Origin: Bacteroidia bacterium
Lineage (GTDB): Bacteria; Bacteroidota; Bacteroidia; AKYH767-A; OLB10
NCBI GenBank assembly: GCA_016788165.1
Contig: JAEUTH010000004.1
Span: 2,522-66,521, forward strand
Reading direction: 5' to 3'
DNA length: 64,000 bases
Position numbers and translations under genes: made by a program. The notes beneath the pieces were generated by a model. That model was not told the DNA's origin. It ran no database searches and worked only from the letters and a program-made list of their open reading frames with translations. Positions 36,376 through 46,575 of the stretch are shown in pieces. Numbering within the stretch: the first letter of the stretch is position 1; every line of letters begins with the position of its first letter.

Positions 36376-38034
36376 TTAGTCGTTAATTATTAATGGAGTG
36401 TATGTAAACGACTTGCCCGAAAACAAACCTTTGTCACTTAATTTTAAATCGGGAATTACTAAAAGCGCCATAAATGATAACGTCATAAAAGGTGCATGTA
36501 GCGTACACCCCATTGTTTTTATAATGCTATTAAGTTTTGAATAAATATATGCAGTATCTGTAGCATTAGCATCACTCATTAAACCGCCAATAGGTAATGG
36601 CAAACTGCTAACATGCTTGCCATCATAAACCGATAAAGCGCCTTTATGATTAATTACTGCATTAATAGCTTGCTGTATGGCATCATCGGTAACACCTACA
36701 CAAATTATATTATGCGAATCGTGCGCAACCGTTGATGCAATTGCACCTACAGTTAGGTTAAAGTTTTTAATAAATGCATGTGCCACCGATGCAGTTTGGT
36801 ATCGGTTAACAACTACCATTTTTAATACATCCTGCTTAACATCGCTTTGTAACAAACCATTTTGTGGCATTAAGTAAGCTTCGGTTTCATTAGTTATAAG
36901 TTGGCCTTCTAATGCTTCAATAACACGTACATTAACTTGTTGTGTTGCCTCTGTTTTTAGTTGCAAACTTTGTAAGTCAATTGCAGGGATATTAAACCTG
37001 TTAATATGCAGGTGCTTTCTATCCGGTAAATTACATACGCAATTCGAAACTACCTTTGTGCCATTAATAAAAGTTGCATGTACTTTAAAATTAATTAAGT
37101 CATCAACGATAATAAAATCGGCTGGATGCCCGGTTTGCAGCACACCTGATTTGGTTTTATAATGCAGGTGTGGATTTATACATGCGCATTGTAAAACATC
37201 AAATAAATTATAGCCCAATGCAATAGCACGTGCTACTATCAGGTTTATATGTCCTTTTATTAAATCATCAGGATGTGCATCGTCCATACAAAACATAACC
37301 TTACCTGTATGCGAAGCTATAAGTGAATGCAATTCATTAAAATTTTTGGCTGCACTTCCCTCGCGAATTAAAATATGCATACCATGCTGCAACTTATCAA
37401 GTGCTTCTTCTAAAGTAAAACATTCGTGGTCGGTACTGATGGTGGGCTTGCCTTGTCCGGCTTCTATATATTGTTTAGCTGCATTGCCTCTTAAGCCGGG
37501 AGCATGCCCGTCAATTGGTTTTTGAAATTTTAAGGCGCTTTCAATTTTTTTCATAACTACGGCATCGTTATACAACACGCCCGGGTAATTCATCATTTCG
37601 CTTAAATAAAAAATAGCATCATTTTTCAAAAGTGCTTCTATATCATTTTCATCAATGGTTGCACCTGCTGTTTCGAAATTAGTTGCAGGCACACAACTGG
37701 GCGCGCCAAAATGAAATTTCAACAGGGCATCTTTTGCATTTTCAAGCATGTAATTAATACCATCCATACCACAAACATTGGCAATTTCATGTGGGTCGCT
37801 AATGGTAGCTACGGTGCCATGCGTTAATGCTATGCGTGCAAACTCATAAGGTGTTAGCATACTACTTTCGATATGCACATGGGCATCAATAAAGCCCGGC
37901 ATAACATAACCGGTTACGTCTTGGTTTATTGGTGTGATGCTTGCAATTTTATTTTCGGCTATCTCAATAGCTGCCGGATAAATTTTTCGTTCCGTTATCG
38001 AAACAAAATTTGCCTTGATAATTTGCTGGCTCAT
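36376..38034 (-). CDS. ade: adenine deaminase
   Basis: 552-aa amidohydrolase with GFIDAHVHIESSML metal-binding motif. The length and C-terminal domain are typical of Ade. Confidence 0.75.
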   Translation of the reverse strand: MSQQIIKANFVSITERKIYPAAIEIAENKIASITPINQDVTGYVMPGFIDAHVHIESSMLTPYEFARIALTHGTVATISDPHEIANVCGMDGINYMLENAKDALLKFHFGAPSCVPATNFETAGATIDENDIEALLKNDAIFYLSEMMNYPGVLYNDAVVMKKIESALKFQKPIDGHAPGLRGNAAKQYIEAGQGKPTISTDHECFTLEEALDKLQHGMHILIREGSAAKNFNELHSLIASHTGKVMFCMDDAHPDDLIKGHINLIVARAIALGYNLFDVLQCACINPHLHYKTKSGVLQTGHPADFIIVDDLINFKVHATFINGTKVVSNCVCNLPDRKHLHINRFNIPAIDLQSLQLKTEATQQVNVRVIEALEGQLITNETEAYLMPQNGLLQSDVKQDVLKMVVVNRYQTASVAHAFIKNFNLTVGAIASTVAHDSHNIICVGVTDDAIQQAINAVINHKGALSVYDGKHVSSLPLPIGGLMSDANATDTAYIYSKLNSIIKTMGCTLHAPFMTLSFMALLVIPDLKLSDKGLFSGKSFTYTPLIIND

Positions 38035-38044
38035 GTATAAAATT

Positions 38045-38533
38045 TTATTGGTTAAGCTTATATATTAATGCAACTGCGTATGCATTAGCACCTTGGTGCC
38101 TGCCAACATATCCCATTGTTTCATTGGTTGTAGCTTTAATCGAAACAGCATCAGCTTCAATGTTCATGGCTTGCGATAATACTTGTTGCATAGCCGGTAT
38201 GTATGGGTTAATTTTAGGTGCCTCTAAAGCTAATGTTGCATCAATATTTCCAATTGCATACTGATGTTTTGCTAACAACTGCACAACTTCTTGGAGTAGC
38301 GTTACACTGCTTGCATCTTTATATGTCTGAGCATTGTTTGGAAAATGGAAACCAATATCGCGTAGGTTAGCCGCGCCTAATAAAGCATCGCAAATGGCAT
38401 GTATCAGCACATCGGCATCTGAGTGACCCAGTAAACCAACATGATGCGGAATATCAACACCGCCAATAATTAATTTACGATTTTCGGTTAGTTGGTGTAC
38501 ATCATACCCAAAGCCTATTCTAAATTTTTGCAT
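38045..38533 (-). CDS. ispF: 2-C-methyl-D-erythritol 2,4-cyclodiphosphate synthase
   Basis: GFGYDVHQL...GHSDADVLIHAICDALLGAA; 162 aa. Confidence 0.9.
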   Translation of the reverse strand: MQKFRIGFGYDVHQLTENRKLIIGGVDIPHHVGLLGHSDADVLIHAICDALLGAANLRDIGFHFPNNAQTYKDASSVTLLQEVVQLLAKHQYAIGNIDATLALEAPKINPYIPAMQQVLSQAMNIEADAVSIKATTNETMGYVGRHQGANAYAVALIYKLNQ

Positions 38534-38600
38534 GTATTAAAATTTTATACATGCATAGTTACACATGACTGATAAAAAAACAAGTGTAACTTGATAAAGC

Positions 38601-39278
38601 TTAAAAACTGTAGTTATACTCAACTCCAATAATATAAGAAGTAAGCGGATTAGCTACCTGTACTTCCTTATCAATTAAAAAATAACCTGTAATGGTTTTA
38701 CGCTTACTGATGTTGTAATCCGTACCAGCAGCCAATCTAACACCATCAACATGGTTACCACTGGGTTTATTCATCGGATAGTAAACTTCAAATGACAGAT
38801 AGGGTGTATATTTTTTTACATCGTACTTTGCTGTTAACTTATTGCGCCAATAAATACGATTCACATCCAACTCATCGCCAAAACTTAAATAGCGTGCTTG
38901 ATTTTGTACGCGGCTTCGCAAGCTTACAGTTAATTTATTGTGTTTCTGACGATAGGTAAAATCACCATAAAAGCGGTGGCGGGGCATATACTCCAAATTG
39001 AGTGTTTGTTTAAATGCCAGCCGGTAATTACCCGAAACCGCAAATGATTTATTGAGTTTATATGTTAACGACACATCGGTTAGTATGGTGCCTATCATGG
39101 TGTAGTTTTCGCGCAGTCTGATTTCCTGCGTAAGACCTAATTTAAATTTCTTATTAAGTTTTTTTTCGGCTGATAAGGTTAGCCACATACCTGCATCGTT
39201 AACTTGTGCTTGTGCAAATGGCAGCATACACAAATAAAAAAACAAGAATTTAAAAAAGGGTTTTTTTAGCTGCATCAT
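38601..39278 (-). CDS. outer-membrane beta-barrel protein (DUF2490-like)
   Basis: Signal peptide, alternating amphipathic beta strands and an aromatic C-terminus (YNYSF). Confidence 0.5.
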   Translation of the reverse strand: MMQLKKPFFKFLFFYLCMLPFAQAQVNDAGMWLTLSAEKKLNKKFKLGLTQEIRLRENYTMIGTILTDVSLTYKLNKSFAVSGNYRLAFKQTLNLEYMPRHRFYGDFTYRQKHNKLTVSLRSRVQNQARYLSFGDELDVNRIYWRNKLTAKYDVKKYTPYLSFEVYYPMNKPSGNHVDGVRLAAGTDYNISKRKTITGYFLIDKEVQVANPLTSYIIGVEYNYSF

Positions 39279-39868
39279 TTTTCTATTTGGTCGTAATAAT
39301 AAACTTTAAGCTCGGCTGTGTCCTTTAAAAAATCTATATATTGAATACTTACTTTATGTATATCAAGTCCGGTACGTTGCCTTAAATCCTCCATTAAAAT
39401 TTCGCTGTTTTGCGATTTTATGTTTTCTATGTTTTCATAATAAACGGTTTGTACCATTTCGTTTTTAACCAACAGATTACCATCCAGAAAAAATGCGAAA
39501 GCAATAATTACGGCATTTATAAATGCGCTTTCGAAATAACTGCCTTTAATAGAAGCGGTAATCAAACCTAAAGCAATTACAATAAACAGATAGGTCATGT
39601 CTTTTTCCGAAATGTTTTCGGTTCGATATCGCAGCAATGAGAAAACGGCAAACAAACCAAAAGCAGCACCCATACTCATTTCTACTTTATTAAGCAGATA
39701 GGTAATAATAAAAATAATGATGTTAAACATAAAGAAGGTAAAGAAGAAATCCTTCTTTCTATAAATTTTATAATACACCAAACGAACCAGTACCGTTACT
39801 GAGATTATATCAATTAAAAGGCGCATAAAAAATTTATCGCCCAGCTTGTCAAATATTTCTAACTCCAT
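39275..39868 (-). CDS. integral membrane protein (DUF4956-like)
   Basis: 197 aa with 4-5 TM helices. Overlaps both neighbours by 4-10 nt, so this is an operon. Confidence 0.5.
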   Translation of the reverse strand: MELEIFDKLGDKFFMRLLIDIISVTVLVRLVYYKIYRKKDFFFTFFMFNIIIFIITYLLNKVEMSMGAAFGLFAVFSLLRYRTENISEKDMTYLFIVIALGLITASIKGSYFESAFINAVIIAFAFFLDGNLLVKNEMVQTVYYENIENIKSQNSEILMEDLRQRTGLDIHKVSIQYIDFLKDTAELKVYYYDQIEK

Positions 39869-40638
39869 GTTTTATTCTTTAAAATTTTTGAAAGGTTGTG
39901 TGCTTGCGGTTTAAAGTTGTTCTTTTTTACATTGTCGTACAGTTGATAAACACCCATGCAATATTTACTAAGCGAGGCTTCGGTTATATGCATGTTTTTT
40001 AATTGGCGGATTACAGGCGAACTGTGATCAATTTTATTCTGCTTTACTTCTACGATTACCAACTCATCAAACGATTTGGTATGGCCATTGTTTTTAAATG
40101 CTATGTGCAAATCAAAAGTTGCGCGCTCGGTTAAATCATTACTTACCAGTGTTAATCTGGTATAGTCAACGCGTACGGTTGGGTGTAATACATCGGCATT
40201 TAAGTGTGTTATCTTTTCGAAAAATGCTTTCTCTTCTCCTGTAACTGCACAACCAATTTCTTGCGTAGGTATGCGTTTTTTTATGGTGCGATTGGTATTA
40301 ATTTTCTTTTTGATTTCGAAAAAACTGATAGCTGAGTCAACATATTTTCGGTAGCGTACTTTAAATCTTTTGCCAAATTTATTATGATGCATGTGATAAA
40401 AAGTACAGTTGTCGTCATCAAAATAATGCGACTCATATTTATTTTGCCTGATACCTTTTACTTCAAGCATGCGATACAATGGTTGCAAGCCTTGCAACAA
40501 AAGCGGTAACTTGGAAATATGAAAAAGGTATTTGGTATCCGTACGATCCAGTAATGCTACGGCATCCATTTCCTTTAAGTCAATGGGTATAAAGGCATCA
40601 ATGGCACTTTGTAACGTTTCCATAATATTGAGTAACAA
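39859..40638 (-). CDS. VTC/CYTH-like polyphosphate-polymerase-domain protein
   Basis: 259 aa. Basic tunnel-like motifs (KYESHYFDDDN...FGKRFKVRYRKY) resemble the VTC (Vtc4 catalytic) / CYTH fold. Its co-occurrence with DUF4956 and DUF2490 genes is a recurring Bacteroidota triad. Confidence 0.5.
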   Translation of the reverse strand: MLLNIMETLQSAIDAFIPIDLKEMDAVALLDRTDTKYLFHISKLPLLLQGLQPLYRMLEVKGIRQNKYESHYFDDDNCTFYHMHHNKFGKRFKVRYRKYVDSAISFFEIKKKINTNRTIKKRIPTQEIGCAVTGEEKAFFEKITHLNADVLHPTVRVDYTRLTLVSNDLTERATFDLHIAFKNNGHTKSFDELVIVEVKQNKIDHSSPVIRQLKNMHITEASLSKYCMGVYQLYDNVKKNNFKPQAHNLSKILKNKTWS

Positions 40639-40645
40639 TTATGAA

Positions 40646-41104
40646 TTACAATTCAACTCTGGTTATAGTTGGAGCTGTTACTGTTGACTTGTTTTTTGTT
40701 ATTTCAACGGTTTGCTTTATAACAACTTTACCACTGGGTACCGGTGCAACCAGGTTGGTATCTTCGCTATACACAAAAATGGTGTAAACGCCTTTGCGTA
40801 AATATTTAAATTCGAAAGTACCGTCAAAACTGGTACGCACTCTATCGCCTATTGCATTACCTTCTGATCCATAAATTATGTACACGTCTTCTTCGGGGGC
40901 GCCATAATCGCTATAATCCTGAACCGGAAATGAGCCGTTAAAATCGCGGGTAATAATGGTGCCTTTTATGGAAGATGTGCCGCCCTCGCCTTCTTCCTTT
41001 TCGCACGATTGCCATAAAATAGCAGTTAAAACAAGGGCTGCTGTTATAATATTTTTCATTGGGAGTATGTAAATGATTTTATTTTTAGAGGATTGTTTAT
41101 TCAA
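40646..41104 (-). CDS. small lipoprotein with carboxypeptidase-regulatory-like (transthyretin-like) domain
   Basis: Lipobox (ILWQSC). CarbopepD_reg-like beta sandwich (GTIITRDFNGSFPV...GVYTIFVYSED). Confidence 0.55.
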   Translation of the reverse strand: MNKQSSKNKIIYILPMKNIITAALVLTAILWQSCEKEEGEGGTSSIKGTIITRDFNGSFPVQDYSDYGAPEEDVYIIYGSEGNAIGDRVRTSFDGTFEFKYLRKGVYTIFVYSEDTNLVAPVPSGKVVIKQTVEITKNKSTVTAPTITRVEL

Positions 41105-41128
41105 TGTTTGATGCTGATTAAAGTTTTT

Positions 41129-41590
41129 CTAATTGCGATAACTTTCGAATTGTATGATGGGTGTTTGATTTTGAAACAATGTTAGTTCAGCACTTTTAAT
41201 TTCATAACGGTTTACTTGTTGTAATGCTTGAAGTACCTTTTGTTCTGTGGCACTGTGCTCACATGACCTGCGTGTGTGGGCAATGTGGCCAAACTTAATT
41301 GAGTCGCCAGTAATGGTTAACGGACCGCGCATACTATTACAACCTGTTTCGCCTGTAAACGATTTTAAATCGTTGGCAATGCTGATAGTGGCTAATTTGG
41401 TTTGTGGGTAACTTACATTACCGTTTTCATAAAATGCCGCTATTACCCAAAAACTGTTCAACTTAATTGTTTGATTGGTGTTTGAAGTAGTTGTATAAGT
41501 CGATTTCATTTCTTTTTTCGACTTGCATGCATTCGAAAAAAAAGCAGCGGTAATTAATACTACCGCTACTTGTATTTTTAAAAATTTCAA
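41129..41590 (-). CDS. META-domain (HslJ-like) lipoprotein
   Basis: Signal/lipobox (FFSNAC). META domain (NSFWVIAAFYENGNV...TGETGCNSMRGPLTITGDSIKFGHIAHTRRSCE). Confidence 0.6.
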   Translation of the reverse strand: MKFLKIQVAVVLITAAFFSNACKSKKEMKSTYTTTSNTNQTIKLNSFWVIAAFYENGNVSYPQTKLATISIANDLKSFTGETGCNSMRGPLTITGDSIKFGHIAHTRRSCEHSATEQKVLQALQQVNRYEIKSAELTLFQNQTPIIQFESYRN

Positions 41591-41618
41591 AACGGTGTGT
41601 TATAAAAATCAGAAATAA

Positions 41619-44159
41619 TTATTGAGGCGAATAAATAAGCTTGGTAGTTTTTTTAACACCATTTGCAATTAACTCGGCAATGTAAACACCGGCCGATAGT
41701 TTGGCTTTTTCGAAATTTACATTAACAGCATATTTGCCTTTCATGGTTTTATCATGGTCATTAATTAAACTAATTGCTTCGCTGCCATTAATATTAAATA
41801 TGCGTAAAGATACCTGCATATTATCAGGCAGTTCGAAAACCAGTTTTGTTTGTGCATTAAATGTACTTGGCATGGGATACAAGCCAATGCCAATATTAGT
41901 GGGCATAGCTATACCGGTTGGCGAGTATGTAAAATGTGCAATAATACTGTCGTTACCAGTAAGCGAAAAAGTAGCATTGCTTGCTGTTGGTGCCGGGCTA
42001 AATGTTTGATTGGTCGAGCTCCAGTTATTAAATACATAATTGGTGTCGGCAATGGCTTCTACCTTAGTGGCCACTCCGTTATAATATTTACCCTGCCATG
42101 GAAATTGTGTAAGTTCCAATGTATTAAACTTTATAGTGCCTGCATTTACAGGGTCGGCAGTAACTATAACGTCATAAGGGCCTGTAACGCCAAAACAATT
42201 TGCAAAACCATTGGTACCTAAATGATTGCAACGGTTACTGATAAAATTGCGCATGGTATTGGTATTAGCTAACCAGCCGGCTTTGGTACCACCCCATTTT
42301 GTGGCTTGCATAGTCATTTCGGGGTCTATTACATTGCGTGTACTGTCAAACTGCGACAGCATATTATCGCAACTAAAAACGGTGTTCCATACATCAATTT
42401 CACGGGTAATAAATAGTTGATCAAAATCAGGATTGGTGCGCAATTTATTAAGCATGGTGATATGTCCCTTCGGGTCTGAGTTTCCGGTTAAGCCTAATGG
42501 ATCGCAAGGGCTGGCTGTATAAAGCGTTGATGGCAAACCGGTGTAGTTGATATAAAAGTCGAATGTAGCATCGTTATCCCATAAAATATAACTCCATTTT
42601 AATTTGGTACCGGTACTATCCATACCACGCCACCATCCGGTATTGTAATTAAGCCAATCGGTACAAACGGTAAACGTATTAACGATTACATAATCAATCA
42701 GACTCAACACCTCTAAACGATCGGTAACAAATTTGTAATTAGCCGAATCGGCCATATTATTATTCATAATAAAGTTTCTGAAGTTAGTCCAATCGGTTAA
42801 AGCCTGACCGCCACCATATTGAGCCCAGGTGCTACCCCATGTTTTAATATATTGTAAATGAAATTTATCCTGCCCATAATGTAGCTTGGTATAATCATGG
42901 TCATCCGGATTTTCGCGTAAATCGTAAACACCCCAGTATGCACCATTTAAATAAACCACACACTTCGCGCCTTCGCGTACATCTAAATTCATCTTTCCTT
43001 TTTTGGCTAAGTTTTGAATGTAGGCATCGCGCATGTGCGCACTACCGGCATTTTGCGGACTAAAGTCGGCAGGGTAATTATCATCGCCTGCAGCACGTAA
43101 AATAATGCGCTGAAATTCATCGCGGTTCGACATGCTGAACAATTGCTCTTTGATTGCCGAGTTATAACCCATTTCATCGCGCGATACAAAATCTAAACTG
43201 CGGTGGCTGTTAGCCCATGAGTCTTGTCCATGTTGGTTAAACTCACCATAAGTGCGTGCTTTACTTAGCTTTAATGTGTCAAAAAATTCGAACGATCCGA
43301 AAGGCTCCAGGTTGCCATTACCATTTGCAAGTTGCGTAAGGTTTGTACCTGTAATGGAAACAACGGGTACGGTATGCGATACATTAATAAAATAGGTGCC
43401 ATATTGTATAAAGCTTGGCAAAACGCCCGGTGTTGTGGTAAACACAATTGCTTTTAAAACTTTAGTTGATGCGATGGTAACGGGCCCTGTATAAATTGTT
43501 GATGTTGCTGTTGGTAATGTTCCGTCTGTAGTGTAACGTATTGTTGCAACCGGTTCGGTGGTAGTTATGCTTACGGTTTGTGTGCTGTTATAAAAGCCGG
43601 GCGCAATATCAAAGTCGGGGCGCATGGCGTAGCGACTATAGGAAGTGGCTGTGTTATTAGAACTTGCTAATGTGGGTGTAACAAATACACTCCATGTGGC
43701 TGCCCCATTGGTTGTGCGACCATATGAGTGACCCAATTGGGTTTTTTCGGTAAGTTTTACCTGACTGATGATTATACCCGATGGATCTGATAGTGTAACT
43801 TCTTCTTTATTGCTTTTGGTTTGTGTAAGTTTAAAATTGGTGTGTACGCTGTTGCCAACTATTTCGTTGCGGCCCGAAGCCCAAATGCGCATAAATCCGT
43901 TGGCTGCAATGTTTATGGATGACGGAAATTGCCATTTCAAATTGTTTAGCGAGTCGTCACTTAAATAATATCCTTGTAAGTTTACTGCTGAAGCACCTGC
44001 ATTGTATATTTCAAACCAATCGCCATAATCGCTGTGGTTATCGGCAAATTGCGAAAGGTTAGAACAGGATACTTCGTTTATGAAAAGCTGGCTTTTTACT
44101 TGATTGGCATAACCAATCAAAATGAAAATAAATAAAATTAAGTAGTGGTTTTTTTTCAT
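41619..44159 (-). CDS. T9SS cargo: lamin-tail-domain plus CotH kinase-family protein with C-terminal T9SS sorting domain
   Basis: 846 aa. Signal peptide. N-terminal LTD (LFINEVSCSN...DWFEIYNAGASAVNLQGYYLSDD). Central CotH region. C-terminal type-A T9SS CTD (GIGLYPMPSTFNAQTKLVFELP...GVYIAELIANGVKKTTKLIYSPQ). Confidence 0.7.
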   Translation of the reverse strand: MKKNHYLILFIFILIGYANQVKSQLFINEVSCSNLSQFADNHSDYGDWFEIYNAGASAVNLQGYYLSDDSLNNLKWQFPSSINIAANGFMRIWASGRNEIVGNSVHTNFKLTQTKSNKEEVTLSDPSGIIISQVKLTEKTQLGHSYGRTTNGAATWSVFVTPTLASSNNTATSYSRYAMRPDFDIAPGFYNSTQTVSITTTEPVATIRYTTDGTLPTATSTIYTGPVTIASTKVLKAIVFTTTPGVLPSFIQYGTYFINVSHTVPVVSITGTNLTQLANGNGNLEPFGSFEFFDTLKLSKARTYGEFNQHGQDSWANSHRSLDFVSRDEMGYNSAIKEQLFSMSNRDEFQRIILRAAGDDNYPADFSPQNAGSAHMRDAYIQNLAKKGKMNLDVREGAKCVVYLNGAYWGVYDLRENPDDHDYTKLHYGQDKFHLQYIKTWGSTWAQYGGGQALTDWTNFRNFIMNNNMADSANYKFVTDRLEVLSLIDYVIVNTFTVCTDWLNYNTGWWRGMDSTGTKLKWSYILWDNDATFDFYINYTGLPSTLYTASPCDPLGLTGNSDPKGHITMLNKLRTNPDFDQLFITREIDVWNTVFSCDNMLSQFDSTRNVIDPEMTMQATKWGGTKAGWLANTNTMRNFISNRCNHLGTNGFANCFGVTGPYDVIVTADPVNAGTIKFNTLELTQFPWQGKYYNGVATKVEAIADTNYVFNNWSSTNQTFSPAPTASNATFSLTGNDSIIAHFTYSPTGIAMPTNIGIGLYPMPSTFNAQTKLVFELPDNMQVSLRIFNINGSEAISLINDHDKTMKGKYAVNVNFEKAKLSAGVYIAELIANGVKKTTKLIYSPQ

Positions 44160-44287
44160 TATTATTTTGAGTTTTTTGGGGAAATTATTTGTACGAAAAA
44201 CTTTTTGAATTGAAAAAAAAGGCTATCGTACATTAGCGCAATGTTAATAAATTAATACATTATCGTTTCCTCATAATACATTTTTAC

Positions 44288-44779
44288 ATGGATGTGATTA
44301 AAACTGAAATAATTTATAAAAGCTATCACGGCATTGACAGTTTACCTGCATTAGAAAAAAACTTGATGTTGGCTGCCATGCAAGCTGCCCAATCGGCTTA
44401 TGCACCATACAGTAGTTTTTTTGTGGGTGCGGCAGCGCAATTAGAAAACGGAACAATTGTTTTGGGTAGTAACCAGGAAAACGCTGCCTATCCAAGCAGC
44501 TTATGTGCTGAGCGTGTAGCTCTGTTTTCTGTTGGTGCGCAGCATCCTGATATCCCTGTTGTAGCTATTGCTGTTACGGCATTTATGGGTAATTTAGATA
44601 ACCAGCATCCCGTAAGCCCATGTGGTGCCTGCCGGCAAGTAATGAGCGAATTTGAACACAGGTATGGCAAGCCCGTAAAAATGATAATGATGGCAAGCCC
44701 AAATCAAATTATCGTATTGGAGAGTGTAAAACAATTACTGCCCTTTACTTTTAATAGCGACAGTATGAAAAGTACATAA
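44288..44779 (+). CDS. cdd: cytidine deaminase
   Basis: Zinc motifs CAERVALFSV and SPCGACRQVMSEF. Confidence 0.85.
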   Translation: MDVIKTEIIYKSYHGIDSLPALEKNLMLAAMQAAQSAYAPYSSFFVGAAAQLENGTIVLGSNQENAAYPSSLCAERVALFSVGAQHPDIPVVAIAVTAFMGNLDNQHPVSPCGACRQVMSEFEHRYGKPVKMIMMASPNQIIVLESVKQLLPFTFNSDSMKST

Positions 44780-44780
44780 C

Positions 44781-45536
44781 TTACTTGCTGTCGTTTCTTA
44801 AGGCTTGCATTATTTGTGTAGCAAAAACAAAGTCAATAACAGTTTTATCTTTCACGCTGAGCAATTCAGTGTTGGTGCCTTGCCATTGTAATTTACCTTT
44901 ATGTAAAAACACAATACGTTCGCCCATTTCGATAACAGAGTTCATATCATGTGTATTGATTATGGTAGTCATATTATACTCTTGCGTAATTTCAACTATA
45001 AGCTTATCAATTACGATAGAGGTTACCGGGTCGAGCCCTGAGTTGGGCTCATCACAAAACAAATATTTGGGATTGTTTGCTATTGCACGTGCAATGGCTA
45101 CGCGTTTTTTCATGCCACCACTAATTTCGCTTGGATAAAGCTTGTTTGCATTTTCGAGCTTAACTCTTTTAATACATTCGTTGGCACGATGCAGGCGTTG
45201 CGCTGCTGTCATATCGGTAAACATCTTTAATGGGAAAGCCACATTTTGTTCGACCGTAAGCGAGTCGAATAATGCACTGCCTTGAAACAACATGCCAATA
45301 TCCTGACGCACTTCCTTTTTTTCTTCTTTATTCATGGCAATAAAATCGCGCCCATCATACATAACCGATCCGCTATCAGGTTTAAATAAACCTACAATAC
45401 ATTTTTGGAAAACAGTTTTACCACTGCCACTACCACCAATAATTAAGTTTACTTTTCCCTTTTCGAAAACGCAACTTACACCTTGTAGTACCGTTTTATG
45501 CTCAAAACTTTTTATCAGATTTTTTACTTCTATCAT
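44781..45536 (-). CDS. ABC transporter ATP-binding protein (MlaF/Ttg2A-like)
   Basis: Walker A GGSGSGKT, signature SGGMKKRVAIARA and Walker B LFCDEP. Confidence 0.8.
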   Translation of the reverse strand: MIEVKNLIKSFEHKTVLQGVSCVFEKGKVNLIIGGSGSGKTVFQKCIVGLFKPDSGSVMYDGRDFIAMNKEEKKEVRQDIGMLFQGSALFDSLTVEQNVAFPLKMFTDMTAAQRLHRANECIKRVKLENANKLYPSEISGGMKKRVAIARAIANNPKYLFCDEPNSGLDPVTSIVIDKLIVEITQEYNMTTIINTHDMNSVIEMGERIVFLHKGKLQWQGTNTELLSVKDKTVIDFVFATQIMQALRNDSK

Positions 45537-45546
45537 ATTGCTTGTT

Positions 45547-46287
45547 TTAAGCCAGAAATAGCATGGTAAGTATATAGTCGAACAATAAAATTAAAATATT
45601 GCTGTACACAACTGCTTTAGTGCTTGCTTTGCCCACCTCTAAAGAACCACCATCAGTAAAATAACCATGATAGGCCGACACTGAAGTTATGATATAAGCA
45701 AAAGTTACTGTTTTTACCAAAGCAAAAAATACGTTGAAAGGTAAAAACGAATCCTGTATTCCTTTTAAATAATCGGCCGAAGGAACAACGCCTGTTAAAT
45801 CGCCTGCTATCCAACCACCAAACACACCCATAAACATACTGAGTATTACAACAAATGGTAATATAAAAATAGCGGCAAAAATTTTTGGAAACACTAAAAA
45901 ACTTGCCGAATTAATACCCATAATCTCTAATGCATCAATTTGCTCGGTTACACGCATGGTACCAATCTCGCCCGAAATGCTTGAGCCAATTTTACCTGCA
46001 AGTACCATCATAATAATAGTAGGGCTAAATTCAATAATAATTGAATCGCGGGCTACAATGCCAATAGCGCTTAATGGTACAGCGGGGCTAACCAAATTAT
46101 AAGCACTTTGTATGGTAATAACAGCACCCATAAAAATGGAGTTTATGGCCACTATTACCAATGAACCGAAACCCATTGATTCCATTTCGACCAACACCTG
46201 TTGCCAAAACACAGGCCACTTTTCGGGCCGTGTAAATAAGTCTTTTACAAAAAGCCAATACCGGCCTATTTCAAATATGTGTTTCAC
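45547..46287 (-). CDS. ABC transporter permease (MlaE family)
   Basis: 246-aa polytopic protein with MlaE-like topology. Immediately upstream of the MlaF-like ATPase. Confidence 0.7.
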   Translation of the reverse strand: MKHIFEIGRYWLFVKDLFTRPEKWPVFWQQVLVEMESMGFGSLVIVAINSIFMGAVITIQSAYNLVSPAVPLSAIGIVARDSIIIEFSPTIIMMVLAGKIGSSISGEIGTMRVTEQIDALEIMGINSASFLVFPKIFAAIFILPFVVILSMFMGVFGGWIAGDLTGVVPSADYLKGIQDSFLPFNVFFALVKTVTFAYIITSVSAYHGYFTDGGSLEVGKASTKAVVYSNILILLFDYILTMLFLA

Positions 46288-46575
46288 AATTTATACTTGC
46301 TGTTTAAGTTTATATGCTTACCAGGTAAGCGGGCTAAAGTACATTTACAATTTTGTAATTTATATTTTTGAAAAAAAATTGGCATGTCAATTAAATATAA
46401 AATAGTTAGAGTAATTATTTTTGGCACTTTACTAAGCTGCACAAAGTGTGCTGTTTTTAAGAAAAAATGTGATTGTCCGAAATTTGGAAGCACGCAAACC
46501 TTACATAATAAACACATTTAAATTGTATAAAGTAGTTCTATTTATGGTATAACCTATTTAATAAATACCAATCGT

